DNA of 64,000 nt, taken from positions 6,787-70,786 of the forward strand of contig JAEEHC010000059.1 of NCBI GenBank assembly GCA_016280635.1, read 5' to 3'. Both the position numbers and the translations under genes were made by a program. The notes beneath the pieces are model-generated. The model ran no database searches. It was given only the letters and a program-made list of their open reading frames with translations, and had not been told where the DNA came from. This document shows, piece after piece, positions 56,005 through 64,000 of the stretch (position 1 is its first letter; each line of letters begins with the position of its first letter). This stretch comes from Erysipelotrichaceae bacterium (GTDB taxonomy: Bacteria; Bacillota_I; Bacilli_A; Erysipelotrichales; Erysipelotrichaceae).

Positions 56005-56604
56005 CTATGGCACAAGTTTCGCCCCTCTGAGTGCTTTGTATACGTTCTTACAATAATTCTCCTTGCTTGCGTTAATTCTATGAAAATCAGAATAATGAGG
56101 TATCTTCACAATTTTATTTTTATTACGCAAGTACCTTCGCAGATATCTATATACCAAACCACCTATTGCTATTATTACGATTTCATTTTTTGGCGATAGA
56201 ATCTGTATCTCATCCTCAAGTTCACTAATATCCCGTTTTACTTCTACCGGATTATTCTTTACATAGTCTCTGACTCTATCACTATCCACATCGACAAAAT
56301 GCTTAAAAAGATCAGTTATATAACTTCCCCAAAATGGATTCCCGATTTTGGCAAAGGCATAGCACAACTTAAAGTCTCGCTGTCTTTTAGAATCAGAATG
56401 AAAGTTTTTGAATTTTATGTATTGTTGTGCTCTTGATGGATTAAGCGCAACAAAGATATATTCGTTATTCAACTTATTTACTATTCCAGTATTATGAAAA
56501 AATGAAATACAATCAACATTTTTCCAATTATTCCAGTATACAAAACTAGAGAAATCTCCATATTTTGTTTTCAACTCATTAAATTGACCAGTACTTATTC
56601 CCAT
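56005..56604 (-). CDS. Hypothetical protein; weak resemblance to the uracil-DNA-glycosylase superfamily
   Basis: The motif-A-like segment is IFVALNPS and the motif-B-like segment is KIPHYSDFH near the C-terminus. The ATG at 56604 has an AAAGGA RBS; the ORF opens at 56634. Confidence 0.5.
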   Translation of the reverse strand: MGISTGQFNELKTKYGDFSSFVYWNNWKNVDCISFFHNTGIVNKLNNEYIFVALNPSRAQQYIKFKNFHSDSKRQRDFKLCYAFAKIGNPFWGSYITDLFKHFVDVDSDRVRDYVKNNPVEVKRDISELEDEIQILSPKNEIVIIAIGGLVYRYLRRYLRNKNKIVKIPHYSDFHRINASKENYCKNVYKALRGAKLVP

Positions 56605-56818
56605 ATTGTCCTTTCTTGATAGTTTTCTGACCATCCTTATTCAAATTATGAACTAAACAGCATGTATCATTTACTTCTAAATTAAACACGCAATGAATTA
56701 TGATATGTACCCGGAATCCTGATCATAGGAATTAAACCAACTATACCACAGAATTACAGATGGATGCTTTTTTGAATGACTAAGCAGTTATTCCATAAAT
56801 GAAACCTAAACGAAATGT

Positions 56819-58474
56819 TTAACTTGACATCTTCATTCTTTTCAATAACACAAATAAAACAACAACTAAAACAAAGATAACTGTAACTGAATATGTCACA
56901 CGTTTCTTTTCTTGCTTTTTCTTTACATTTAAGAATGAGCAAACAACATTACTGGCAAAAACAATGATGTGTTTAGAAATGTATAATATGAATCCTATAA
57001 TGAGAGTCAAAAGAAATGCAACAATTGCAGATTCTATTATTTTTGCTGGAATTTCTCTATAACCATCATCGCTATAAATCGTCAAACCCAATGTCAGTAC
57101 GACAAACAGAACAATCAAAACTTTCCATATTGATATTCCTTTTTTTGGTGTATTTTGTGTTTGTGGTTTTCCATTGTGTTTGTATCCTACACTGGAGGAT
57201 TGTGCGCTGTTGCTTATCTTCTGATTAGAAGTTGATAGCTTTTTGATTGGTGCAGAACCTTGGTAATAACTTCCAGAATACTGCTGACCAGCAACAGTAT
57301 TTACAGGTTGTGATGAAATATTGATATTTTTTTGGGGGGTTCCATACTGCGTCTTGCCATGAATTGAATGATTTCCGCCAGAAGGATTTGGAGCATTTAT
57401 TGGTTGGCCCCAACTAATCTGCTGCGTATGACCATTTTTGTTTGATATATTGTATAAGGCATCAAGATATCTTTCATCTGCTGCACAATATGGGCACTTC
57501 GAATTAGCCTTATAGTAATAATGATTACTGTTTTTTGAACACAGTATTAGATTCTTACTATACTCTGTTAATGCAGCATCCCATTCATCAGCGGTCGGCC
57601 TTCTCTTTGGATCCTTTCTCCCCTCAATAAACGCCCTTGTAAACAAGATTTGAATTTCTCGGGGGAAAGAGCTCAGCTCAGGAACAGCCAATGACAATGG
57701 TTTGTTTCCCGGCTTAAAGCAGTAGTTGTCTCTCTCTATCGCTTCTATGCCGTACCCAGGTGAAGCGGTTGATCTATTCTCATCATTCTTTATACCGTTA
57801 AACGGTGTAAAGCCGTTCATAAGCAGTTTGAAGATATGGATGGCAAGTGAAAACCGGTCTGTTTCCTGAGTGAATGTAGGTAATGGTGCATTCGCGTAAT
57901 CTGTTCCCTTACATTGTTTTATCAGTTCCGGTGCTGTATATTCTTTTTCACAGGCAACACATCGGTATGTCTTTCCGGTGTTCTTATCATTAATATGGTA
58001 TCCGTCAGTATCAAAGAAACCAATATGTCCTGTACTAAGATTAACGCCTATATTTCTCGGGTTGAAATCACCAAACACATACCCAGCCTTGTGGACTGTT
58101 GAGATAACTCTGCATATGTTGATTGCGATCACTATTTTCTTCTGGTTGGTCAGTATAGGAGTCTTATTAGGATCATATTTATACAAATTATGCAAGACTT
58201 CCTTAGCATCCATCATCGGCATTATGAAACCGCAGAACTGGTTTCTGCTGTCATACAGGATATCCAAAGGCCAGGCAATATCAGTCAAAACTGATCGATC
58301 CGGAGGATTGTTGGACATATAAGTAAGCTTATTTTCATACTCCTTAGTTGGGGTAGAGTAAATCTTCGCAACAATATCGTTCCGATTATTTACCTTATAT
58401 ACTGTTCCTTCACCGCCAGAGCCTAATGGTTTATCTGCTAAATCGTAGTTTCTTTTTCTTCCTTTGAACAACAT
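56819..58474 (-). CDS. Hanks-type Ser/Thr protein kinase with zinc-ribbon, Q/S/N-rich linker and C-terminal multi-TM anchor
   Basis: G-loop LGSGGEGTVY, VAKIY Lys, catalytic loop GDFNPRN, DTDGY (DFG-equivalent) and TAPE. After these come C..(x14)..CPYC, a low-complexity tract and 3-4 TM helices. Confidence 0.85.
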   Translation of the reverse strand: MLFKGRKRNYDLADKPLGSGGEGTVYKVNNRNDIVAKIYSTPTKEYENKLTYMSNNPPDRSVLTDIAWPLDILYDSRNQFCGFIMPMMDAKEVLHNLYKYDPNKTPILTNQKKIVIAINICRVISTVHKAGYVFGDFNPRNIGVNLSTGHIGFFDTDGYHINDKNTGKTYRCVACEKEYTAPELIKQCKGTDYANAPLPTFTQETDRFSLAIHIFKLLMNGFTPFNGIKNDENRSTASPGYGIEAIERDNYCFKPGNKPLSLAVPELSSFPREIQILFTRAFIEGRKDPKRRPTADEWDAALTEYSKNLILCSKNSNHYYYKANSKCPYCAADERYLDALYNISNKNGHTQQISWGQPINAPNPSGGNHSIHGKTQYGTPQKNINISSQPVNTVAGQQYSGSYYQGSAPIKKLSTSNQKISNSAQSSSVGYKHNGKPQTQNTPKKGISIWKVLIVLFVVLTLGLTIYSDDGYREIPAKIIESAIVAFLLTLIIGFILYISKHIIVFASNVVCSFLNVKKKQEKKRVTYSVTVIFVLVVVLFVLLKRMKMSS

Positions 58475-58549
58475 GTTTCGACCTAAATTACCACTACTTT
58501 ATACTTATCAAATTCTCGCTATTGTGATTTTAGGCAATAAAATCGTTGA

Positions 58550-59644
58550 TCATTTCTTTTTTTCAACTATGTCTTGTCCTAGAATCTTTTTTATACCAAA
58601 AGATAATTCGTACCCAAAGATTTTTATTTTCCTTTTGGCAGCATCTTTTCCCCCTCTTTTATTGTCGTTGATTTTTTCACTTTTCGTTTCTATGTCCGGA
58701 TGTCCTTTCTGATTTGCTATCTGATTACCAGACTTTTCATATCCATCTTTCAGTTCGTCAACATCATTTATTTCCTTTTCTTCATCATATAAGTGGGGAT
58801 ATGCCTCTCTTCGAAAAGCATCATCATACTCTTCTTTAAGTTTCTGCCAATCAGGTGCCTTATAGTATTCATCATCAAGTCTCTTAGGAACTACATTTGT
58901 GTCAATCATTACAAGAATTGTCTTATCATCATTAACTTGTGAACCTGGAATACTGTCAATGTAAGCTTCCATTTTCTCTTGAACTTTTTTTTCTCCGTTA
59001 TGCTTGAAATCCAAGTTTTCTTCACTCATGAAATAATGTGCCAATGCTACATAAACGGGGTCTTCATTCTTTTTTAACAGATAAGGGAATAGTGTTTCAA
59101 AAATCCCATCTGTTGCCATCAGAACACCAGCCACGTTTTCTACATACCCAAATTCCCATTTCTCCTCACCAAACCATAATGGATAAACACGGCCATCTTC
59201 ATCTTGCTGCTTTGTTGTTACCCTTTCATATTTTCCGGACTGATTTAAAACCATAATTCCACTATCTCCGGCATTACCAAAATACAAATTGCCGTTAAGG
59301 TAAACAGCAACAACCAAAGTTGTATCATATTGATCGGCTTCATCCCCATTTTGGTCTATCATATAATTGATTTTAGTAAGTGAATCATTAAAGGAATTCC
59401 TAATCACTGCCAAAATCTCTTCAGCCGTTTCTTCTCCTGTCAGATGTTGCTTACAGAAAGCAACTGAATTCTCTGCCGCTATTTTTGAAGCAATGTCAGA
59501 TTTACTCTCACTTCCTAAACCATCTGCCACAGATGCAATCGCAAAACGCTTTGATACCAGTGAATATTCATGCGCATCCTGGCAAACTATATTATTCTCA
59601 ACATGATATGTTCCTTGTCTTGTTATGCCATAATGATATATCAT
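58550..59644 (-). CDS. PP2C-family Ser/Thr phosphatase with charged C-terminal extension
   Basis: VADGLGS, NAGDSGIMV, ATDGIFE and DDKTILVM. I chose the start at 59644 because of an AAAGGA RBS; the ORF opens at 59713. Confidence 0.85.
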   Translation of the reverse strand: MIYHYGITRQGTYHVENNIVCQDAHEYSLVSKRFAIASVADGLGSESKSDIASKIAAENSVAFCKQHLTGEETAEEILAVIRNSFNDSLTKINYMIDQNGDEADQYDTTLVVAVYLNGNLYFGNAGDSGIMVLNQSGKYERVTTKQQDEDGRVYPLWFGEEKWEFGYVENVAGVLMATDGIFETLFPYLLKKNEDPVYVALAHYFMSEENLDFKHNGEKKVQEKMEAYIDSIPGSQVNDDKTILVMIDTNVVPKRLDDEYYKAPDWQKLKEEYDDAFRREAYPHLYDEEKEINDVDELKDGYEKSGNQIANQKGHPDIETKSEKINDNKRGGKDAAKRKIKIFGYELSFGIKKILGQDIVEKKK

Positions 59645-59805
59645 TGTTTTTCCTTTCATGATAATGAATTCTATCCTATTTAGAAGGTTTACAATTAAAT
59701 CATTTCTATACATATGGTAGTGAATAAATGCGAAGCCAGCGGTTTATTGTTGTCTCATACAAGTCATTGGCTTCGCATTAAAATTCTTGTATCTAATGGA
59801 TAAAA

Positions 59806-60480
59806 TTACATTAATTCGTCAATCGTTACAGTACTGGGCAATGCCTGTCCTTTTGCCTTTTCGCCCGGAGAACTAACTGAAACTGCTCTCATACTCTTGT
59901 TTACCCAATCAAAGAAACCGGTGAAATCATAATCTGCAAGTTTCAAGACTCTCTTGCCTGATAACTTATGTAACACTTCAGTATCCGCTCCTTCAACAGC
60001 TAATGACCAGAAAGCCAATTTACCGTATTCAACCCTATCATTAATTGCATTTGCCATGGCATCTACATCATCAAACGGCTTGCCGTCGCTTATGAGAATA
60101 ATCCAAGGCTTGTACGGCTCAGTGCCTGTTCTCCTATAAAACCTTGATCTATCATCTACCATCTGTATAGCCCTACTTAATGCATCAGCCATATATGTAG
60201 AGCCATCAGCTACAAAATCAACATGCTGCATAGTTTCAATTGGCGTAAAGTCCTGAATGACTTCCCAATCTGTGCTAAATCTGATGATAGCTATATCAAG
60301 GATGTCTCTTGTTTTTGAATCAGCACATACTTGTTCTTTAAAGCGATTCATCCCTTCATTCAATTCATCAATTGGCTTTCCTTTCATTGATGCAGAAGTA
60401 TCTACCAAAAACAATAACGCCATATGTGGGTCACTCGGATTCACAATCTGTGGTGAATCTCCAAAATTAATTTGTGTCAT
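59806..60480 (-). CDS. vWA-domain protein (TerY / YegL-like)
   Basis: MIDAS residues are DTSASM, GSTYM and ISDGKP. The blocks PWIILISDG and FWSLAVEGAD are collinear with E. coli YegL as I recall it. It has a GAAGGAGA RBS. Confidence 0.85.
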   Translation of the reverse strand: MTQINFGDSPQIVNPSDPHMALLFLVDTSASMKGKPIDELNEGMNRFKEQVCADSKTRDILDIAIIRFSTDWEVIQDFTPIETMQHVDFVADGSTYMADALSRAIQMVDDRSRFYRRTGTEPYKPWIILISDGKPFDDVDAMANAINDRVEYGKLAFWSLAVEGADTEVLHKLSGKRVLKLADYDFTGFFDWVNKSMRAVSVSSPGEKAKGQALPSTVTIDELM

Positions 60481-60562
60481 AACTCCTATCTCCTTCTATG
60501 TTTTCCCCGTTTCATACGGGTTTAATCTACTAAAATCTTAACTTTTGAAATGCAGAATTTGC

Positions 60563-60991
60563 TCAACTTTTATAGGAAGCGTTTGTCTTTTTTTCACCTT
60601 TGCAATATAAACACCTATATGTTTCAAGATAATGCGACCTAGTCGCTGGAACGGTTTGATCATAGGTAGCAATAACCTCTCCGTATTTGTTTCTAATCTT
60701 CTGTCTTACAGTTTTTGTTGCTGGCGAATCACCTAAATACTGACTGCTCTCCTTCACCATGGCAAATCTTTCATTGCAGAACGGGCATCTAGTAAAAAAG
60801 CCGCAAATCTGCCACATTAGTGTGTCAACAAAAAAACAAATAATGGCTGCAGCTAACAACCCGGAAAAACCGGATGTCAGTGAAAATAACAAAACGAATC
60901 CATCAATAATTGCCAAAATAATAACCAATGTTTTCTGAATAGGATTATTATCGATTTTTCGAAAAAATGAATCAATCTGGTTGTTACTCAT
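60563..60991 (-). CDS. Small membrane protein: two TM helices plus C-terminal zinc-ribbon
   Basis: A GGAGG RBS lies 5 nt before the ATG at 60991. The TM segments are LVIILAIIDGFVLLF and LLAAAIICFFV. The ribbon is CPFC...(x47)...CLYC. Confidence 0.65.
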   Translation of the reverse strand: MSNNQIDSFFRKIDNNPIQKTLVIILAIIDGFVLLFSLTSGFSGLLAAAIICFFVDTLMWQICGFFTRCPFCNERFAMVKESSQYLGDSPATKTVRQKIRNKYGEVIATYDQTVPATRSHYLETYRCLYCKGEKKTNASYKS

Positions 60992-61187
60992 ATTTTCCTC
61001 CAATAAAGTTTACAATTATAGACAAAAAAAGCCATTAAAAACATCCCAAAATGGTGTCAAAAATCAGCTTTTTTGGTACAATAAATGCAAGAGAGAACGA
61101 TCCAAAAATGTAAAGATTTTTGGATTTTTTATTGATTAGTCTACAATCGTGTGGTTGAAACTATGCCTATTACCTCATCTTTCCATG

Positions 61188-61219
61188 ACAAAACTCAGGC
61201 ATTATCACATGCCTGAGTT
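61188..61219 (-). terminator. Terminator after gdhA
   Basis: 11-bp stem AACTCAGGCAT / ATGCCTGAGTT. On the minus strand it is followed by TTTT. Confidence 0.7.
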
Positions 61220-61240
61220 GCTGTATGTTAGGGAAAAAAT

Positions 61241-62578
61241 TCAATAGATTCCCTGGGCGATCATGGCCTCTACCACCCGGGTAAAGCCGGCAATGTTGGC
61301 GCCGGAGACATAGTCATCTTCCGGTAAGCCGTACTTCTTACAGGCCTGACGGCATTGATCGTGAATGGAAATCATAATGTTGTGAAGCTTACTGTCAACT
61401 TCTTCAAAGGTCCAGTTAAGATGCTGGCTGTTCTGGCTCATCTCCAGACCGCTGGTGGCGACGCCGCCGGCGTTGGAAGCCTTGCCGGGGACGAAGATGA
61501 CGCCGTTTTCCTTATAGAAGGCGATGGCTTCGTTGTCGTCGGGCATGTTGGCCCCTTCAACAACGACTCGTACACCGCACTCAAAGATGTGCTTTGCTCT
61601 CTTGAGGTCGATCTCATTCTGGCAGGCGCAAGGCAGCACGATGTCGGCTTTGAAGTCAGCGTCGTAGATGCTGCCGGAAAAATAATTTCCGTGGCCGGCC
61701 AGCTGCGGGTATTCTTCCAAGGAAGTTCTTTGCTCTTCCTTGATCTTTCTGACAGCTTCCAGATCCAGTTTCTCATCCAGGATGCAGCCCTTGGAATCGG
61801 ACATGCCGATGACCTGGTAGCCTAACTGCTGAGCCTTCTGGCAGGCGTAGATGGCCACATTACCGCTGCCGGAAATGACCACTCTCTTACCATTGAGCGG
61901 GTTTTTCTTAAGCACTTCTTCCAGGAAGTAGACCAGACCATAGCCGGTAGCTTCCTTGCGGGCCAAAGAACCGCCATAACCGACACCCTTGCCGGTAATG
62001 GCTCCCAGCTCACTTTCCGCCGTTAAGCGCCGGTAAGTGCCGTAGAGATAGCCGATCTCCCGGCCGCCGACGCCCATGTCCCCGGCCGGAACATCCTTAT
62101 CCGGACCGATATGGCGGTACAGCTCGGTCATGAAGCTTTCGCAGAATCTTCTGATCTCGCCTTCGCTCTTGCCCTTGGGGCTGAAGTTACTGCCGCCCTT
62201 GGCTCCGCCCATCGGCAAACCGGTCAGAGCGTTCTTGAAGGTCTGTTCAAAGGCCAGAAAGCGCATGACCGACAGGTTGACATTCTGATTGAAGCGGATG
62301 CCGCCCTTGAAAGGGCCTAAGGCGCTGGAATGCTGAATGCGATAACCCCGGTAGACCTCAATGTGATGGTCATCCATCTCCACGGGCACTTTGAAAACCA
62401 CAGCCCGTTCCGGCTCGATCAGCCGTTCCAGAATGGCCATCTTCTCATATTCAGGATGAGCGTCTATTACCTTCTGCAGGGAAGTGAGCACTTCAGTAAC
62501 AGCCTGAATGAATTCAGGCTGTTCTGGGTTATTTAGCTTTACTTCCTGCAGGATTCTTTCTATGTAGCTGTTAGTCAT
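61241..62578 (-). CDS. gdhA: NADP-specific glutamate dehydrogenase
   Basis: 445 aa. It has the catalytic-Lys block LPMGGAKGGSNFSPKGKS and the Rossmann motif ISGSGNVA. Confidence 0.93.
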   Translation of the reverse strand: MTNSYIERILQEVKLNNPEQPEFIQAVTEVLTSLQKVIDAHPEYEKMAILERLIEPERAVVFKVPVEMDDHHIEVYRGYRIQHSSALGPFKGGIRFNQNVNLSVMRFLAFEQTFKNALTGLPMGGAKGGSNFSPKGKSEGEIRRFCESFMTELYRHIGPDKDVPAGDMGVGGREIGYLYGTYRRLTAESELGAITGKGVGYGGSLARKEATGYGLVYFLEEVLKKNPLNGKRVVISGSGNVAIYACQKAQQLGYQVIGMSDSKGCILDEKLDLEAVRKIKEEQRTSLEEYPQLAGHGNYFSGSIYDADFKADIVLPCACQNEIDLKRAKHIFECGVRVVVEGANMPDDNEAIAFYKENGVIFVPGKASNAGGVATSGLEMSQNSQHLNWTFEEVDSKLHNIMISIHDQCRQACKKYGLPEDDYVSGANIAGFTRVVEAMIAQGIY

Positions 62579-63293
62579 AGACTTCAGCAGCCTGCAGAGC
62601 GATCTCCATCATTCTGGTGAAGGAGTTCTGTCTCTCTTCCGCCGTAGTCTCCTGATGGTTGACGATGCTGTCGGAAACGGTCAGCAGGCAGGCGGCCTGC
62701 TTACCGGCCATGTTGGCGTTGTGGAAGAGGGCGAATGACTCCATCTCCGCGCAGACGCAATTGTACTTCAAAGCGTTGGCAATGCGGTCAGCGGCGACGG
62801 CTTCGTCATAATAGAAGACATCAGATGAATTGATGACGCCTTCAACGATCGGATAGCCTAATTTGGCTGCGCCCTTGCGCAGTACTTCATTGAGCTCTTC
62901 CGAGGGCTTGATGACCTTGTCAGTGCAGCCGCCCTGCTGGAAGGCATATGATGATTCGGAGAAGGCAGCGCTGCCCAGGATGACATCATACAGGTTGATG
63001 TCCGGCAGCATCGCTCCGGTGGAGCCGATTCTGATGATGGCTTCAACATCGTAGAAGTGATACAGTTCGTAGGAATAGATGCCGATGGAGGGCATGCCCA
63101 TGCCCGATCCCATGACGGTTACTCTGTGTCCCTTGTAGGTGCCGGTAAAGGCCAGCATGCCTCTGACATTATTGACCTGGACCGGGTTGTCCAGATAGGT
63201 TTCGGCAACGACCTTGGCTCTTAACGGGTCGCCCGGCATTAAGACTAACTTTGCGATATCGCCTTTTTCGGCACTGTTATGCGGTGTACTCAT
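62571..63293 (-). CDS. deoD: Purine nucleoside phosphorylase, DeoD type
   Basis: MSTPHNSAEKGDIAKLVLMPGDPLRAK...VMGSGMGMPSIGIYSYEL...CAEMES. Confidence 0.92.
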   Translation of the reverse strand: MSTPHNSAEKGDIAKLVLMPGDPLRAKVVAETYLDNPVQVNNVRGMLAFTGTYKGHRVTVMGSGMGMPSIGIYSYELYHFYDVEAIIRIGSTGAMLPDINLYDVILGSAAFSESSYAFQQGGCTDKVIKPSEELNEVLRKGAAKLGYPIVEGVINSSDVFYYDEAVAADRIANALKYNCVCAEMESFALFHNANMAGKQAACLLTVSDSIVNHQETTAEERQNSFTRMMEIALQAAEVYD

Positions 63294-63372
63294 CTCTAAT
63301 TATTTCCTCCTGAGATTTTATTTTCTTAACAATATTCTAACAGATATTGTTTTCGACGTGCAATTTCAGCGG

Positions 63373-64000
63373 CTACTTTTTGTTCTTGGGGGTCTTCTTC
63401 TCCTTCTTCACTTCTGCCGGTTCCTTGGGCGAGATGATGAAGATGACGCCATTGGGCATGTTTTCCTGTTCGATCTTGTAGCCATAGGTATTACAGACCT
63501 TATAACAGATGGAAAGGCCGAGACCGAACTTGCCCTTATCACCCCGTTCAAAGGGCTTGAACAGGCGCTTCTGCTGCTCTTCGGAGATCGGCTGGCCGTC
63601 ATTGAAGACGGTCATCATGTCGTCGTGAACATCAATGACGACCTCATTTTCAGCATAGCGCAGGGCATTGTCCAACAGATTGGAAAGCACGATCCGCCAG
63701 CTTTCCTCATCGCCCTTGAAGATGACGCCCTTCTGCAGGTACTTCTCTACCCGCACTTCGGTTCTGATCATCTTGAAGGACTGGCAGACGCTGTTGACCA
63801 GCGGGATCATGTCGGTAGTCTTGTCGGTATCCCTTTCCTGGTCCATCACAAAGTCCAGGCGGTTGAGGAACAATAACGACTGGACCTTCTTGGAAAGCCG
63901 GTCGGCGTTTTCAATGATGACGTCAACGCTCTTGTCCAGAGTATCATAGGGATAAATGCCGTCGCGGATGCTTTCGGCATAGGACTTGATGATGGCGATC
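63373..64000 (-). CDS. Sensor histidine kinase, C-terminal part (N-terminus beyond the window)
   Basis: My translation is open from position 63999: IAIIKSYAESIRDGIY... (post-H-box). It has N-box LSNLLDNALRY, FNDGQPI and GLGLSI. The ORF-track entry starts at an internal TTG. Confidence 0.85.
   Translation of the reverse strand, partial: IAIIKSYAESIRDGIYPYDTLDKSVDVIIENADRLSKKVQSLLFLNRLDFVMDQERDTDKTTDMIPLVNSVCQSFKMIRTEVRVEKYLQKGVIFKGDEESWRIVLSNLLDNALRYAENEVVIDVHDDMMTVFNDGQPISEEQQKRLFKPFERGDKGKFGLGLSICYKVCNTYGYKIEQENMPNGVIFIISPKEPAEVKKEKKTPKNKK

Larger units (their letters stand above)
54720..61240. other. AT-rich accessory island 2
   Basis: G+C is visibly low, with A/T-ending codon usage in all six ORFs. 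It is flanked by GC-richer genes (AlbA_2 gene, gdhA). No recombinase gene is present. Confidence 0.65.

Noticed and set aside
56754-56942. 62-aa minus-strand ORF at the 3' end of the kinase gene
   Set aside because: It overlaps the last ~40 codons of the kinase in another frame. It has no RBS and a hydrophobic, low-complexity composition that derives from AT-rich sequence.
1-64000. Prophage, IS element or integrative element
   Set aside because: No integrase, transposase, recombinase, terminase, capsid or tail genes are recognisable in any frame. The only tRNA (35246-35322) is not adjacent to either AT-rich island, and I could not find flanking direct repeats by eye.

Overview
This is a 64-kb chromosomal window from a Gram-positive, Bacillota-like anaerobe. 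That assignment is inferred from butyrate kinase, a glycyl-radical enzyme operon, teichoic-acid genes, AGGAGG-type ribosome-binding sites and hairpin-plus-T-run terminators. I support about 60 protein genes and one tRNA-Arg(CCU). I found no rRNA, CRISPR array, transposase or integrase. Layout: (1) 1-5.9 kb holds a truncated Mbeg1-like hydrolase, ascorbate-family PTS IIC/IIB, a MATE pump and an LCP ligase. (2) 5.9-22.3 kb is a minus-strand, ABC-transporter-dependent wall-teichoic-acid-like glycopolymer locus. It contains PglF/PglE/PglC-like amino-sugar initiation genes, LicD, two TagF-like phosphotransferases, a pyruvyl transferase, TagGH, a CDP-ribitol-type pair and a GT2. A plus-strand XRE-ImmA/PIN pair interrupts it. 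(3) 22.3-43.4 kb holds housekeeping and envelope genes: buk, xpt, azlCD, a MarR unit, an esterase, a sirtuin, GtrA, a Big_2 surface protein and an LMW-PTP. It also holds HigBA and two paralogous two-gene envelope modules, one of which has swapped its glycosidase domain for a duplicated P/Q/Y-rich tract. (4) 46.3-52.4 kb is a five-gene operon: zinc-ribbon membrane protein, glycyl radical enzyme, activase, NanE and nitroreductase. YefM-YoeB follows it. (5) There are two visibly AT-rich islands. Island 1 (43.4-46.2 kb) carries an AAA ATPase and a wHTH protein. Island 2 (54.7-61.2 kb) carries a membrane-zinc-ribbon / vWA / PP2C / Hanks-kinase operon (a TerY-P-like triad variant) plus two orphan genes, one weakly UDG-like. 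Island 2 is my best candidate for a defence or novel system. The GRE operon and the paralogous envelope modules come next. All family calls rest on motif recognition by eye; no database search was run.
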